Below are positions 30,342 through 40,800 of a stretch of DNA of 64,000 bases, piece by piece. The translations under genes were made by a program, and so were the position numbers. Numbering within the stretch: position 1 is the stretch's first letter; each line of letters opens with the position of its first letter. Origin of the DNA: an uncultured Armatimonadia bacterium (GTDB taxonomy: Bacteria; Armatimonadota; Zipacnadia; Zipacnadales; UBA5352); NCBI GenBank assembly GCA_964617715.1, contig CAZTZN010000003.1, positions 13,048 through 77,047 of the forward strand, read 5' to 3'. A model generated the notes under the pieces. That model made no database searches, was not told the origin of the DNA, and saw nothing but the letters and a program-made list of their open reading frames with translations.

Positions 30342-30926
30342 ATGCCGAAGATCGTTGGCGTACTTGCCGTGCAGGGTGACTTCAAGGAGCACATCGAGAC
30401 CCTCAACGAGATCGAGGGCGTCGAGGCGTGCGCGGTGAAGACCCGCGGGCAGATCGCCGCCTGCGATGCGTTGGTAATCCCGGGGGGCGAAAGCACCACC
30501 ATCGGCAAGCTGATGGAGCGCTTCGAGCTGGACGCGTCGGTGCGCGAGATGCATGAGCAGGGCAAGCCAATCTGGGGCACCTGCGCGGGCATGATTATCC
30601 TCGCCAAGGACATCGTTGGGAGCGATCAGTGGCGACTGGGGCTGATGGACATCACGGTGCAGCGCAACGCCTTCGGCCGCCAGGTGGACAGCTTTGAGGT
30701 CGATCTGCCCGTCAAGGGCATCGAGGACGGCCCGGTGCGCGCGGTGTTCATCCGGGCGCCCTACGTGCGCGAGGCGCGCGCGGAGTGCGGAGTCGAGGTG
30801 CTGGCTGAGGTCGAGGGCAAGATCGTGCTGTGCCGACAGGGCAGGCTGCTGGCCAGCGCCTTCCACCCCGAACTCACCGACGACCGCCGCGTGCAGGAGA
30901 TGTTCGTGGGAATGATCGAGCACTGA
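30342..30926 (+). CDS. pdxT: pyridoxal 5'-phosphate synthase glutaminase subunit PdxT
   Basis: 194 aa from ATG 30342. VLAVQGDF.EH, GGESTT, catalytic GTCAGMI, ...FHPELT. Matches B. subtilis PdxT along its whole length. No pdxS adjacent. Confidence 0.9.
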   Translation: MPKIVGVLAVQGDFKEHIETLNEIEGVEACAVKTRGQIAACDALVIPGGESTTIGKLMERFELDASVREMHEQGKPIWGTCAGMIILAKDIVGSDQWRLGLMDITVQRNAFGRQVDSFEVDLPVKGIEDGPVRAVFIRAPYVREARAECGVEVLAEVEGKIVLCRQGRLLASAFHPELTDDRRVQEMFVGMIEH

Positions 30927-30940
30927 ACGGAGGACCCGCG

Positions 30941-31696
30941 GTGAAGGGTGTTGTCCTGGTCGGAGGCCTGGGCACGCGCCTGCTGCCCATGACGCGCGTC
31001 ACCAACAAGCACCTGCTGCCCGTCGGGCGCTTCCCGATGGTCTATTATCCGCTCTTCAACCTTGTCGAGGCGGGCATCCGCGACATCATGATCGTCACCG
31101 GCGGCAACTCGCCCGGCGACTTCCTCGAGCTGCTGCACGACGGTTCCGAGTTCGGCCTCGACTACCTCGCCTTCACCTACCAGCGCGGCGCCGGTGGCAT
31201 CGCCGACGCCCTGCGGCTGGCCCGCCCGTTCGTGGGCGATGACCGCGTGGTGGTGATGCTGGGCGACAATGTGCTCGGCGGGAGCATTCGCCCGTATGTG
31301 GCCGCCTTCGAGAAGCAACCGTCAGGCGCGAAGATCCTTCTGCGGGAGGCGCATGACCCGGAGCGCTTCGGCGTGGCGGAGATCGACGCGGCCGGGCGCG
31401 TGCTGTCCATCGAAGAGAAGCCGGAGGAACCCAGGTCGAACCTCGTGGTTGTGGGCGTCTACATGTATGACCGGCGGCTGTGGGAGATCCTGCCGACGCT
31501 GGTGCCTTCGGGACGCGCGCAGCTCGAGATCACCGACGTGAACAACGCCTACCGCGAGGCGGGCGAGCTGACCGCCGAGGTGCTTGAGTGCGAGTGGTCG
31601 GACGCGGGCACCCCCGAGAGCCTGTTCCGCGCAACGCAGATCGCGCGCGAGTCCGACTTCTGGCGCCAGGCGAACCTGCCCACCGGCCAGGCGTAG
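30941..31696 (+). CDS. sugar-phosphate nucleotidyltransferase (RmlA/GlmU-N-like)
   Basis: GTG start 30941 after GGAGGA. N-terminal GVVLVGGLGTRLLPMTRVTNKHLLPV (G-x-G-T-R-L signature). about 251 aa. The ORF's upstream extension overlaps pdxT and is R/P-rich. Confidence 0.85.
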   Translation: MKGVVLVGGLGTRLLPMTRVTNKHLLPVGRFPMVYYPLFNLVEAGIRDIMIVTGGNSPGDFLELLHDGSEFGLDYLAFTYQRGAGGIADALRLARPFVGDDRVVVMLGDNVLGGSIRPYVAAFEKQPSGAKILLREAHDPERFGVAEIDAAGRVLSIEEKPEEPRSNLVVVGVYMYDRRLWEILPTLVPSGRAQLEITDVNNAYREAGELTAEVLECEWSDAGTPESLFRATQIARESDFWRQANLPTGQA

Positions 31697-31743
31697 CGCC
31701 GTCAGCCCCGCAGCAACAGCCGCCCATCCTGAGTCTGCTCATC

Positions 31744-32394
31744 TCAGCCGCCCTGCACGGTGCGGTCGGTCTCCGAGGCCTCGGCCTCCGCACATACCTG
31801 CGCTGCGGCGCGACGCCGGACGAGCGAGCGTACTGCGGCGTAGAGGAACGCGCCCCAGAATACCAGCGCCACGATCACGACCAGCGCGATGCGCAGGCGG
31901 GGGTAGGCGTCCCAGAACCAGAACCCCGCCTGCGCCAGCCACAGCGCCACCGCGACGTGGGCTGCGGTGCCGATGGTCGTCCATAGGACGAAGGGGGCAA
32001 ACCGGACGTCACCCAGGCCGGCGGCGATCGACGCCCAGGGGCGCACGTAGCCCACCAGTCGGGCCACCAGGATGGTCAGGATTCCGTGGCGCTGGAACCA
32101 GTCATCAAGCCACGCCATCGTGCGCTCGAGGCGACCGCCCTTGCGAGCGTAGCGCAGGACCATGTTGTCGCCCCCGCGCCCCAGGGCGTAGGCCACGGTG
32201 CTCCCGACCACGTGGCCGAGCGTGCACAGCACCAGCGCGCCGGTCCAGGTCAGTTCGCCGACGCGAACCAGCTCGATAGCGACGATGTAGGCCAGCGTGG
32301 TCGGCCAGGGGACGCCGATGTTCTCCACCGCGAGAAACACCGCGACGCCGATCGCGCCATGGTCGCGAATCCAGGCGAGCAAGGCCTCAGCCAT
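31744..32394 (-). CDS. DedA/SNARE-associated (TVP38/TMEM64) family membrane protein
   Basis: 216 aa. Multi-TM, with the conserved DedA core ...G.P.P..T......G...L.........GA...S...Y.LGR.GG. Overlaps the upstream GNAT gene by 8 nt. Confidence 0.85.
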   Translation of the reverse strand: MAEALLAWIRDHGAIGVAVFLAVENIGVPWPTTLAYIVAIELVRVGELTWTGALVLCTLGHVVGSTVAYALGRGGDNMVLRYARKGGRLERTMAWLDDWFQRHGILTILVARLVGYVRPWASIAAGLGDVRFAPFVLWTTIGTAAHVAVALWLAQAGFWFWDAYPRLRIALVVIVALVFWGAFLYAAVRSLVRRRAAAQVCAEAEASETDRTVQGG

Positions 32395-33037
32395 CGCGCG
32401 ATCCCAGCTCCAGTACCATCACGTCCCATGCCCCGCGCGTGTCGTGCACCTGGCCGACTTCGCGGAAGCCGATCTTCTCGTAGATGTGGCGCGCGGCCGG
32501 ATTGCCCGGCCGCACCTCCAGCCGCACGCACGTCGCGCCCTGGGCGCGCAGGTACTCAAGTGCCGCCGCCATCAGCCCTTTGCCCAGCCCCCGGCCCTGC
32601 CCGCGCGGGTGCACCGCGAGCGAGAGGATGCGCGCCGGGCAATCGGCGCCGGGGAGATCCGCGTGCCGCCAGAACATGAGCTTCTCGCGCGCCAGCCGCA
32701 GTGCCACCCGCAGGCCCAGGCCGTAGCGGCCCGTTATCCACCGCCAGGCGAGCGCGGGCAGATGGCGCAGGCCCGCACGGCGAATGCGCCCGGCGTCGGA
32801 CGGGCAGATGACGTAGCCTGCCGGGCGGCCGGCGATCTCGGCGATGAGAAAGCCCTCCGGTTCGGCGTCGAGGCAGAGGGCCATTACATCGCCTACTGCC
32901 GCGGGGCGAATGCCCTCCAGCCCGAGGTCGCGCAGCGATTCTGGGAAGGCGGCCAGGTAGATCCCGGCCACATCGGCCATGTCCTGCGGCCTGGCCGGTC
33001 TGATCGCCGGCCCATCGTCCTCCGCCATCGCCGCCAC
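32387..33037 (-). CDS. GNAT family N-acetyltransferase
   Basis: 216 aa. Acetyl-CoA-binding motif A, VHPRGQGRGLGKGLMAAALEYL, and motif B, ...ARHIYEKIGF. Confidence 0.85.
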   Translation of the reverse strand: MAAMAEDDGPAIRPARPQDMADVAGIYLAAFPESLRDLGLEGIRPAAVGDVMALCLDAEPEGFLIAEIAGRPAGYVICPSDAGRIRRAGLRHLPALAWRWITGRYGLGLRVALRLAREKLMFWRHADLPGADCPARILSLAVHPRGQGRGLGKGLMAAALEYLRAQGATCVRLEVRPGNPAARHIYEKIGFREVGQVHDTRGAWDVMVLELGSRDG

Positions 33038-33041
33038 CTGC

Positions 33042-36000
33042 CTACCGCGGCCACAGTGCGGTCACCGCGCCCGTTTGCGTGCCGATCACCACTGCCGGCC
33101 CGTCGGGTGTATGCAGTACCGTCATGCCACGAGCGGCGGGAGTGCCATCAACCGTCCGGGTCCGTACCACCTCGCCACGGGCATCCAGGGCCACGATCGT
33201 TCCGTCATCGCACCCGACCACCAGCCATTGCTCCCCATCCGCGGGTACCGCCGCCATGACGTTGGGCGGGCTGGGCATCGGGCGCGCCCACTCCTTCTTC
33301 AGCTCGTGGTCGAGGGCCACGACCAGGCCACTGGAGGTCGCGGCCACGACCTCCATGGTCCCGTCGGCGTCGAGGTCGGCCACGACGAGGTCGCGCATGT
33401 TGCGCGTGGGGGCTCGTTCGCCCGGGCCGAAGCTCGCGTCGTAGAGCGGCGAGCCGGAGGCGTCCCAGACGGTCACGCGGTTCCACGACCCGTTGATCTC
33501 GCTGATGACCTCACGTGTGCCGTCGCCGTCGAGGTCCTCGTAGAACAGGTGGTAGCGGTTCAGCGACGACCAGCCGCCGACGTAGGTGTGCCCGGTGGGC
33601 ACCGTGTTGAAGCCGCGCTGACCGGGGTTAAGGGTCTCGTTGTTGATGATGCCCACGCGATGGCTGCCGTTGATACGCCGCGCCGCCAGCAGATTCAGGC
33701 TCTCGCCCGGCCCGTCGATGATCTGGAAGACGTGCGGGTCGCCCCAGAACTGCGGCATGCGGTGGACGAGCTGCCCCTTCTCGTCGAGAATCTCCAGGGT
33801 GCAGGCGCTGCCCACGAAGCACTGGCTCCTGCCATCGAGGAACACGCCCGTGTAGACGCCCCAGATCCCGGCGTGCGCGGGCGCCGACTTGAACCAGTAG
33901 TCCTTGGCCGCGCGGAACACCGCCGGGTCCATCTCCGAGACGAACACCCACTGGCGCTCCCCCGCGCGGTTGAAGGCGATAACCTGTTCGTCGGCGCAGC
34001 CCGCGATGACCAGCTCGTGTTCGTCCCACCACTGGATGTCGCGGATATCGCCATCGGTCTGTGCGGTCGCCACCAGTGTGCCGTCCGGCGCGAGGAAGGT
34101 GATGGTCTTGCCGCCGGCCGCGCACACGAGCTGCCCGCCGGCGCCGTCGGGAACCGTGATGACCTCGCGTACCCCCTCGGCGACCTGCGCGCTCATCGCC
34201 ACCGGCAGCTCCGGCACATCCGGCAGCGTGCCCGGCTGTTCCGCGGCGGCGGCCACGGCGCGGGCCTGCTCGCCCACGGAGCGCTTGTCCGCCAGCCAGC
34301 CGGACAGTGAGGCGAGCATCTCCGGCGCGGGCTTCACGCCCGCGATCTCGTGCTCACCGGCAGGCACCGTGAGCGCCATCAGACCGCCGGCGAGGACCTC
34401 GCACGCTGTGGGCTGTCCGTCCAGCGTGACCCCGCCCTCCGCCGCCCGGATCGCCAACCTCGTGTCGGCGACGGCGTGCACCGCCACTGTGCCCTCAGCG
34501 TAGTCCCACATCACCTTCACCGGCTCGGTCGCGGTCAGCAGTGGGGCGTCGGCCGCCACGGTGGTCGCGCCCTGGGCGTACAGATGGTCGCTGGCGATGA
34601 TGGCCAGCTCTGCGTTGGTGCCCTCGTAGTCGCCCGCCACCGCCACGGCCGGCCCAGGCAGGCCCAGCACCGCCGCGTTGTCGGCGATGCGCATGCACGC
34701 CAGGTGGTCCTCCGAGGGTACGGGCTCGGCGCCCACCAGTGAGAAGAAGGTCAGCGTCTGCCCTTCCTGCCCGGCGCCCACCCACTCGAGAGTGTGCACG
34801 CGGCCTTCCTGCCGGGCGCGGACCGGGTCACCGGGGAGGATGGCGTAGTTCACGCCGACCTCCTCGGCCTCCGGCGCCTCATCGGGCTTGAGGCTGACGC
34901 CGCTGAGCGCGATGTATGAGGTGCTGCCGCTGCGTCCCCGCTCGACCACTTCGACGCGAAGTCGATGTTCGCCCGCTTCGAGCCGGTGGCGCCCCAGTGG
35001 CACACGCGCCGGCTGCGCCGTCGGCGCCCACGAGTCCCAGCGCTCGACCACGCGCTCATCGTCGAGCGAGATCGCGAACACGCCGCGGTCCACGTACTGC
35101 AGGAAGTCGGCGTACACCTCACCCTCCAGCGGCTCGTCCAGGCTGAAGGTCATCTCCAGCCACTGTCCCGGCTCGGTGGCGCGCAGCAGCACCACGCCCA
35201 GGCTCTCGTGTTCGGCCACGAACTCCTCCGCTGAGGGTTGGCTCTCATGCGGGCTGTCCAGCGCGCGCCTGCTGATCCAGCCCACCGGCGTGTAGGGCCC
35301 GGCGGCGCTGCTCACGCCGATCCCGCCCAGGTCGCTGTCCCACTGCCCGCTCGGGACCTCCCACAGCGTCTGCACCTGGATATTGTCGCTGCTCTCGCGC
35401 ATGGTCAACTCATCGACCACAAGCGCATACTTGCCCACCCTCTGCGCCAGCATCCGCCGCCAGTTGCAGTAGGCCGCACGCGGGACCTCACCCACGCACA
35501 TCGCGACATCGCCCACCACGTCGCGGTCGCGCAGCGCACCATCCATGGCGATCTGCGGCTCCACCATGCCATCCACGCGCGTGAGCACCTGGTTTCGGTA
35601 GCCCTTGAGCAGCGTGGCGCCGCCGAGGCGCATCTCCAGGATCGCGAAGGTGTGGTACGGGTTACGCGACGCGCCGTTGTAGCCGTCGATCAGGATGAAG
35701 TCGCCGCTCGCGTCCGCCGCCGAGCGGAAGCTGCCGAACTGGAATGACTCGTCGAGCGGGAAGCCGTTGCCGCGGATGACCCACATGGGCCGGGGCATCG
35801 GGTGGATGCTCCAGTGCCCGACCATGTCCATGGGCAATTCGGGCTGCAGCTCGGGGCCGGGCCAGAACGATTGCCCGACGCGCGGCACGGTCAGGTCCAC
35901 GCCGGTACGATTGCGGTACTCGAGCCACCGGCCATCGCCGGTGAGGTAGGCGGCCTGGTGCAGGAAGGTGATGGCGGCGGTGTTGAAGTCCATGTCGCCG

Positions 36001-37808
36001 TTCTTGCCCGTGGCTAGGATCTCCTGGCCCCGCAGCAGTTCGTCGAGAACGCCGCTCTCCTGCGCTCCGCGCCAGCCCGAGAGCATCATGAACGCGAGGA
36101 TCGGTGCGTGGCCGGTGTTGTACCAGAACAGGTTGTCGGCCTCGCCGCGCACCCACGCATGAGTCTCCAGTGGCTTGAAGGCCATCCGTGAACCGATCAT
36201 CCCCTGCCGCCAGACCTGGTCGCCGTAGTCCCTGGCGAAGTAGCGCGACAGGCAGTAGAGCGAGATCGCCGACCACTGGCCGTGTCGCGAACCGACCGAC
36301 TCAGGGGGCCTGGTCAGCCCGTAGACCCCCTCGCCCTTGCGCCAGTCGAGCTGTCGCGAGAACGCATTGGTGACCGCCAGCCGCTCTTCGTCGCTGAAGA
36401 CGGGGCTCTCCTCGATGAGGTCCCAGAACAGGATCAGCATGTGCGCGTTGTAGTGGTACGGGCCGGCCAGCGGATCGTCCTTGTTCTCAATGCGCTCGCC
36501 ATCGATCTCGGTGATCTGCCGCTTGGCCTCATCGTCCGGGAAGGCCAGACGCAGGGCCTCGCGCGCGTGCCACTCGTCGCCGGTCATGTAGTAGGCGGCC
36601 ATGTGTTTGGAGATGGAGTTCCAGCCGAAGTAGCCCACCGACCTGTAGCCCCGCGAGGCATCCCAGGTCTCGATCTCGGCCGGATTGTGCGGGAACTCGA
36701 TATCGGTCTCGATCTCCATGAGCCGGCCGATGGTCAATTCGCCGGGCCGGCCGCCCGCATTTCTGAGGGCTCCGATCAGCCACTGCGCGGCTGCTTCGAC
36801 GCCGAGGTCGTCACTGCCACCGACGAAGACGATGTTATGACCGTCCCCGAAGGGATTGTGGCAGGTGCGCACTACGTGCCCGCCCGGGCCGGGGTATTTC
36901 AGGTCGAGCAGCGTGTAGAAGCGGTTGTACAGCTCCTCGATCATCGCGTTGGTCGAGCGGTTCCCGATGCAGATGAAGTTGCGGTCAAGCTGCCCGTCAT
37001 CTGCAGGCACGACCGCGATCTCGTCATCATCGCGCACGATTTCGGGCCGGACGTCCGTGATGGCCTCGATGGCACGGGCGATTGCCTCGGACTGCGCGCG
37101 GTAGCGCTCGGGCGCGACGATGGTCACCCGCGCCTCCCCTTCGCGCACCAGGTCGGTCTGCAGGTGCAGGTCCTTGAGTTGCTCGTAGACCGGCGGCACG
37201 GGCTCCGGGGGAGGCGGTGGCGGCGGGGGGACTCCGCCGATAAGTTGCACAGCATCGATGATGAATTTCGGCGTGGGCCCCTTGTGCGTGTAGTAGTAGA
37301 CGCGAATCTCGGTTGTGTCCTCCGGAGCGACCCCGACCACCGAGATGCGCCGGAAGCGATCGGTCGATGCCGACTCGAGCCCCACCTGCTCGTACTCGCC
37401 CGACGGCGAGAAGCGAAGCTGGATGTAGGCCCCACCGCCACCGCCGTCCTCGAGCGCCTTGACCATCGCCGACGCCTCGTAGGCGATGCCACCGGGGGCC
37501 TTGACGTCCTGGAAGATGCCGATCTCGGTGGTCGGATCGTCGTCGATGACGGCGAGGGCGTGGTCGCTCTCATAACCGGGCTCAACCAGCTCAAGCCGGG
37601 ACTGGGGGCTCTCACCCGCGTACAGACTCCATCCGTTGGGCACGCCGAACCGGTCAAGCTCAGTCATGCCCTCCTCGAACGAGGGGTTCGTCCACAGGTT
37701 GTCCGTCGGCTCCTGCGCCTGTGCGTCGGTCATGATGATCATCGCGCTCCCCATGAGCGCCAGCACCACCAGACATCGTGTCATTGTGCCAGCCTCCGTT
37801 CGCATCAT
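33042..37808 (-). CDS. giant secreted multidomain protein: CBM4/9-like N-terminal domain, poly-Pro linker, heparinase II/III-like (alpha/alpha-toroid + beta-sandwich) region, C-terminal beta-propeller (PQQ/FG-GAP-like)
   Basis: 1588 aa. Signal peptide MTRCLVVLALMGSAMIIMTDAQA. N-terminal jelly-roll CBM-like region, then GGVPPPPPPPPEPVPP linker. Central region resembles the heparinase II/III/alginate-lyase fold. C-terminus has repeated VxxDxDGDGxxEVV-type blades. Domain calls from recall only. Confidence 0.7.
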   Translation of the reverse strand: MMRTEAGTMTRCLVVLALMGSAMIIMTDAQAQEPTDNLWTNPSFEEGMTELDRFGVPNGWSLYAGESPQSRLELVEPGYESDHALAVIDDDPTTEIGIFQDVKAPGGIAYEASAMVKALEDGGGGGAYIQLRFSPSGEYEQVGLESASTDRFRRISVVGVAPEDTTEIRVYYYTHKGPTPKFIIDAVQLIGGVPPPPPPPPEPVPPVYEQLKDLHLQTDLVREGEARVTIVAPERYRAQSEAIARAIEAITDVRPEIVRDDDEIAVVPADDGQLDRNFICIGNRSTNAMIEELYNRFYTLLDLKYPGPGGHVVRTCHNPFGDGHNIVFVGGSDDLGVEAAAQWLIGALRNAGGRPGELTIGRLMEIETDIEFPHNPAEIETWDASRGYRSVGYFGWNSISKHMAAYYMTGDEWHAREALRLAFPDDEAKRQITEIDGERIENKDDPLAGPYHYNAHMLILFWDLIEESPVFSDEERLAVTNAFSRQLDWRKGEGVYGLTRPPESVGSRHGQWSAISLYCLSRYFARDYGDQVWRQGMIGSRMAFKPLETHAWVRGEADNLFWYNTGHAPILAFMMLSGWRGAQESGVLDELLRGQEILATGKNGDMDFNTAAITFLHQAAYLTGDGRWLEYRNRTGVDLTVPRVGQSFWPGPELQPELPMDMVGHWSIHPMPRPMWVIRGNGFPLDESFQFGSFRSAADASGDFILIDGYNGASRNPYHTFAILEMRLGGATLLKGYRNQVLTRVDGMVEPQIAMDGALRDRDVVGDVAMCVGEVPRAAYCNWRRMLAQRVGKYALVVDELTMRESSDNIQVQTLWEVPSGQWDSDLGGIGVSSAAGPYTPVGWISRRALDSPHESQPSAEEFVAEHESLGVVLLRATEPGQWLEMTFSLDEPLEGEVYADFLQYVDRGVFAISLDDERVVERWDSWAPTAQPARVPLGRHRLEAGEHRLRVEVVERGRSGSTSYIALSGVSLKPDEAPEAEEVGVNYAILPGDPVRARQEGRVHTLEWVGAGQEGQTLTFFSLVGAEPVPSEDHLACMRIADNAAVLGLPGPAVAVAGDYEGTNAELAIIASDHLYAQGATTVAADAPLLTATEPVKVMWDYAEGTVAVHAVADTRLAIRAAEGGVTLDGQPTACEVLAGGLMALTVPAGEHEIAGVKPAPEMLASLSGWLADKRSVGEQARAVAAAAEQPGTLPDVPELPVAMSAQVAEGVREVITVPDGAGGQLVCAAGGKTITFLAPDGTLVATAQTDGDIRDIQWWDEHELVIAGCADEQVIAFNRAGERQWVFVSEMDPAVFRAAKDYWFKSAPAHAGIWGVYTGVFLDGRSQCFVGSACTLEILDEKGQLVHRMPQFWGDPHVFQIIDGPGESLNLLAARRINGSHRVGIINNETLNPGQRGFNTVPTGHTYVGGWSSLNRYHLFYEDLDGDGTREVISEINGSWNRVTVWDASGSPLYDASFGPGERAPTRNMRDLVVADLDADGTMEVVAATSSGLVVALDHELKKEWARPMPSPPNVMAAVPADGEQWLVVGCDDGTIVALDARGEVVRTRTVDGTPAARGMTVLHTPDGPAVVIGTQTGAVTALWPR

Positions 37809-37832
37809 ACGACGGTTCGCATCTCCGGCCGT

Positions 37833-40800
37833 TCACGGCCAGACGATCAGGTCGGGCAGCTCCATTATGTCGCGCAGCGATCCGGTGTCGTCGCCGGTCA
37901 GCGTCTTCCCGGCCATGCCGGCCTGCTGCAATGCCGCCGGGGAGTCGCTCGGGTCGCCGTCGAAGAAGTTCTGCGTCGGGAAGAACCGCCCCCAGTATTC
38001 GTAGCGTTCGTCGAGTGTAAACAGGAGAGCATCCACCGCCTGCGCCAGCATCTCCCGCGTGTGGGCGGTCGCATAGACCACATCGCCCTGGACACCGAAG
38101 GCGGCCGAGGCGTTCACGAGTTCGCCCCGCACGCCCGCCGGCAGGTCGTCGAGCAGACCGATCACGATCCGGCGGCCGTCGGGGGACTGTTCAGGCGTGA
38201 CGATGGGCAGCCTGACCGTCCGTGGCTCGTCCACCGCCCAGCGGTGGTACTCGCGGAAGTACTCCTGCACCCGGAAAGCCAGGTCGCGCGTGTCACCGGC
38301 GGCCACCACGTTGCAGTTGGGCGTGCCGTCGGCCACGAATGGGAAGTTCAGCAGCGCATCGCGATCCCCCTGCAGGGCGACGCGTGGCTGCCAGGTGACG
38401 CTGATCACATTATGGCCAGCTTCGAGGTCGGCCTGCACCGCCGGCCGCTGCCCGTAGTCCGTTACTGCGAACACGAGCGGTTCGGCGTTCACGGTTATTG
38501 CCGTCAGCACCCCGTCCGTCGGCAGCCACAGACTCACCGGAACGCGGGCCGCCTGCGCGCACTGCAGCTCGATGGTCATGCTTGAGGGCTCGCACTCGTG
38601 CAGGTCGGCCACCACGGCCGCGCGCAGCGCGGAGCCTCGCGGCATGGTCATCACCGCCCGGCAGGCCCGCACGTCTCGCGGCGGCACCGAAGCGTTGAGC
38701 CGAGTACCATCTGCGAACTCGGTGACGGTCTCGGCGCCATCCCATTGCATGAAGACCAGGTCATCCCCGCTGGCGACGTGTTCGGTGTCGATCACGATCG
38801 CGTCCTCAATGGGCTCGTACGTCTGGTTGCCGACGCCCAGGACCATGCCGAGACCCTCGCCGAAGCGGCTCATGAGCAGTTCGCCGCCGATTGGCTCGGC
38901 GCCGACCACCGGCTCCCAGCCCAGGTCGGCAACCTCGATGAGCATGGGCAGGGCCCGCATGAGCTTCGGGATGCCGACCGCGAAGCGCGCGTTGGGGTAG
39001 CCACCGTAGTAGAGCGAGTGGATCAGGACATCATCGCGCAGGCGGCGGAAGGCGTCTATGGTCTGCTGCGCGCCGAGCCGGTCCCACGGTATCCACGAGT
39101 ACAGCTTCGGGTTGTAGGTGTTCCACCAGTTCCAGCCGATGCGGCCCGACAGCATACGCAGGCGCAGCATCCGCTCTCGGTAGCTCGGCCTGCTCATCGG
39201 ATGGAACTCAAGCAGCGCGCAATCGGTGCGCACCGCGTCGGCGGACAGCGTCGGGAGTTTGAGGTTGGTGACCATGGCGGTGCGGTAGCCGCCGGTGTGC
39301 TGCCGACGCACCACGTCCATCTGCTGGGCGAAGCCGATGCCCTCGCCCACGAAGGCCAGACCGTTGTCGAAGGTCGTACCGGGCGAACGGTCGGCGCTGG
39401 GGCCCCAGTGCGGAATGAAGCCGAAGACCGAGTCGAAGGCGATGCCTGCAGGCTCGAAGTCCCTGGCGATGCTCGGGATGGCGTCGCGGATGTAGTCGCC
39501 GTAGCTGTCCGCCCATGGGTAGGCGAACCAGCACGGGACCTGCTGGTAGTAGCCGTGGTACTCGATCGGCTCGCTTCGGAAGTACGAGTCCGACCAGTAC
39601 TGCTCCATCAGGCCCTTCTCGATGTTCTTGAGGTGCATGTAGTAGGCGACCGCAACGTCCGCCAGTTCCGCGTTGGTGCGCACCCACTGATGTATGTGCG
39701 CGCGCACCTCCGGCAGGCCCTGAGCGCTAAGTGACTTCTTCACCTCGCCCCGGCTGCGTGTCCACTCGCCCACCGACAGCTCGCTCACCGCCCACTCACC
39801 CGGCCGCGGCGCGGGCGCGTACCCCCACTCCCAGTGCCCGTGCATGCGGCGGATCAGGTCGCTCGCGAAGCGCTCATCGGTGGGGTCATTCCAGGAGCGG
39901 TAGAGCCCCCCGGCAGAGGCCTGATGGAAGCGCGGGTCGATGTCGCGCGGGCGGTCATACAGCTCGGGGAACATCGCCCAGTACGCCTCAAAGGCGCCGC
40001 GCCAGCCGAGCCCGCCGTCGAAGGGAAAGGCGAGCACTTCGAAGCGCTCGGTCTCGCCCGGCGCGATGGCCAGGCGCGTGCCGATGGTCAGCTCGTGCCC
40101 TCCGCCGGCCACGGGACGGATGCCGCTGTGCAACTCGGTGTACCAGTCCAGCGGGTTGAACGCCAGCGCGATGCCGATCTCGCCATCCCACGCGCAGGTC
40201 AACGGCAGCACCGCCGAGGTCCCGTGATAGCCGATGGGCGCAATGCCGATCTCGTGCGGTGTGAAGTGGAAGCTGTCGAACCATTGGAATGCGCCTTCGA
40301 AGGGCAGGGCGAACGGAAGCCGCAGGTCAATCCAGCGGTCGGCGTCTCCCGGATTGGTGATCTCGAGCACGGCGGAGAGCACGTCACCCTCGCGACGGTC
40401 GGTCCGGATCTGCACGTCGAGTGCACCGTCTCCCAACGGCTGCGGCCCGTCGCCGGGCACGACTGCCTCGATAGGATTGATGCCCCCGCCGGGCACGTTG
40501 ACCCAGAACCTGCAGGCCTCCTCGCGCTCACCGGAGCCGAGTGGGTGATCATAGCTCAACCAGACCACCGCGCCATCGAGTGCACTTCGGAGCCTGCGTG
40601 CGGCCCCCGGCGTGCCATCGGCCATCCACTCCGAGGCGCGCTGGAAGTCGGGCCCCATCTGCAGCATGACGTCGGCGCCGTTGGCGTCGCTGCGCCCGGT
40701 GGTGGGGTCGCCATCGGCGTCGATGTAGATGCTCACTATCTGGTCGCCGGCCAGCGCCTGCGCCAGTTCGACGCGCCACAGGTAGCGGTCGCCGCTGAGC

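Noticed and set aside
30342-30926. pdxT without an adjacent pdxS as a possible anomaly or pseudo-operon
   Set aside because: PdxT is full length with its catalytic Cys-His-Glu context intact and its own promoter. pdxS may simply be encoded elsewhere. Not enough to claim anything unusual.
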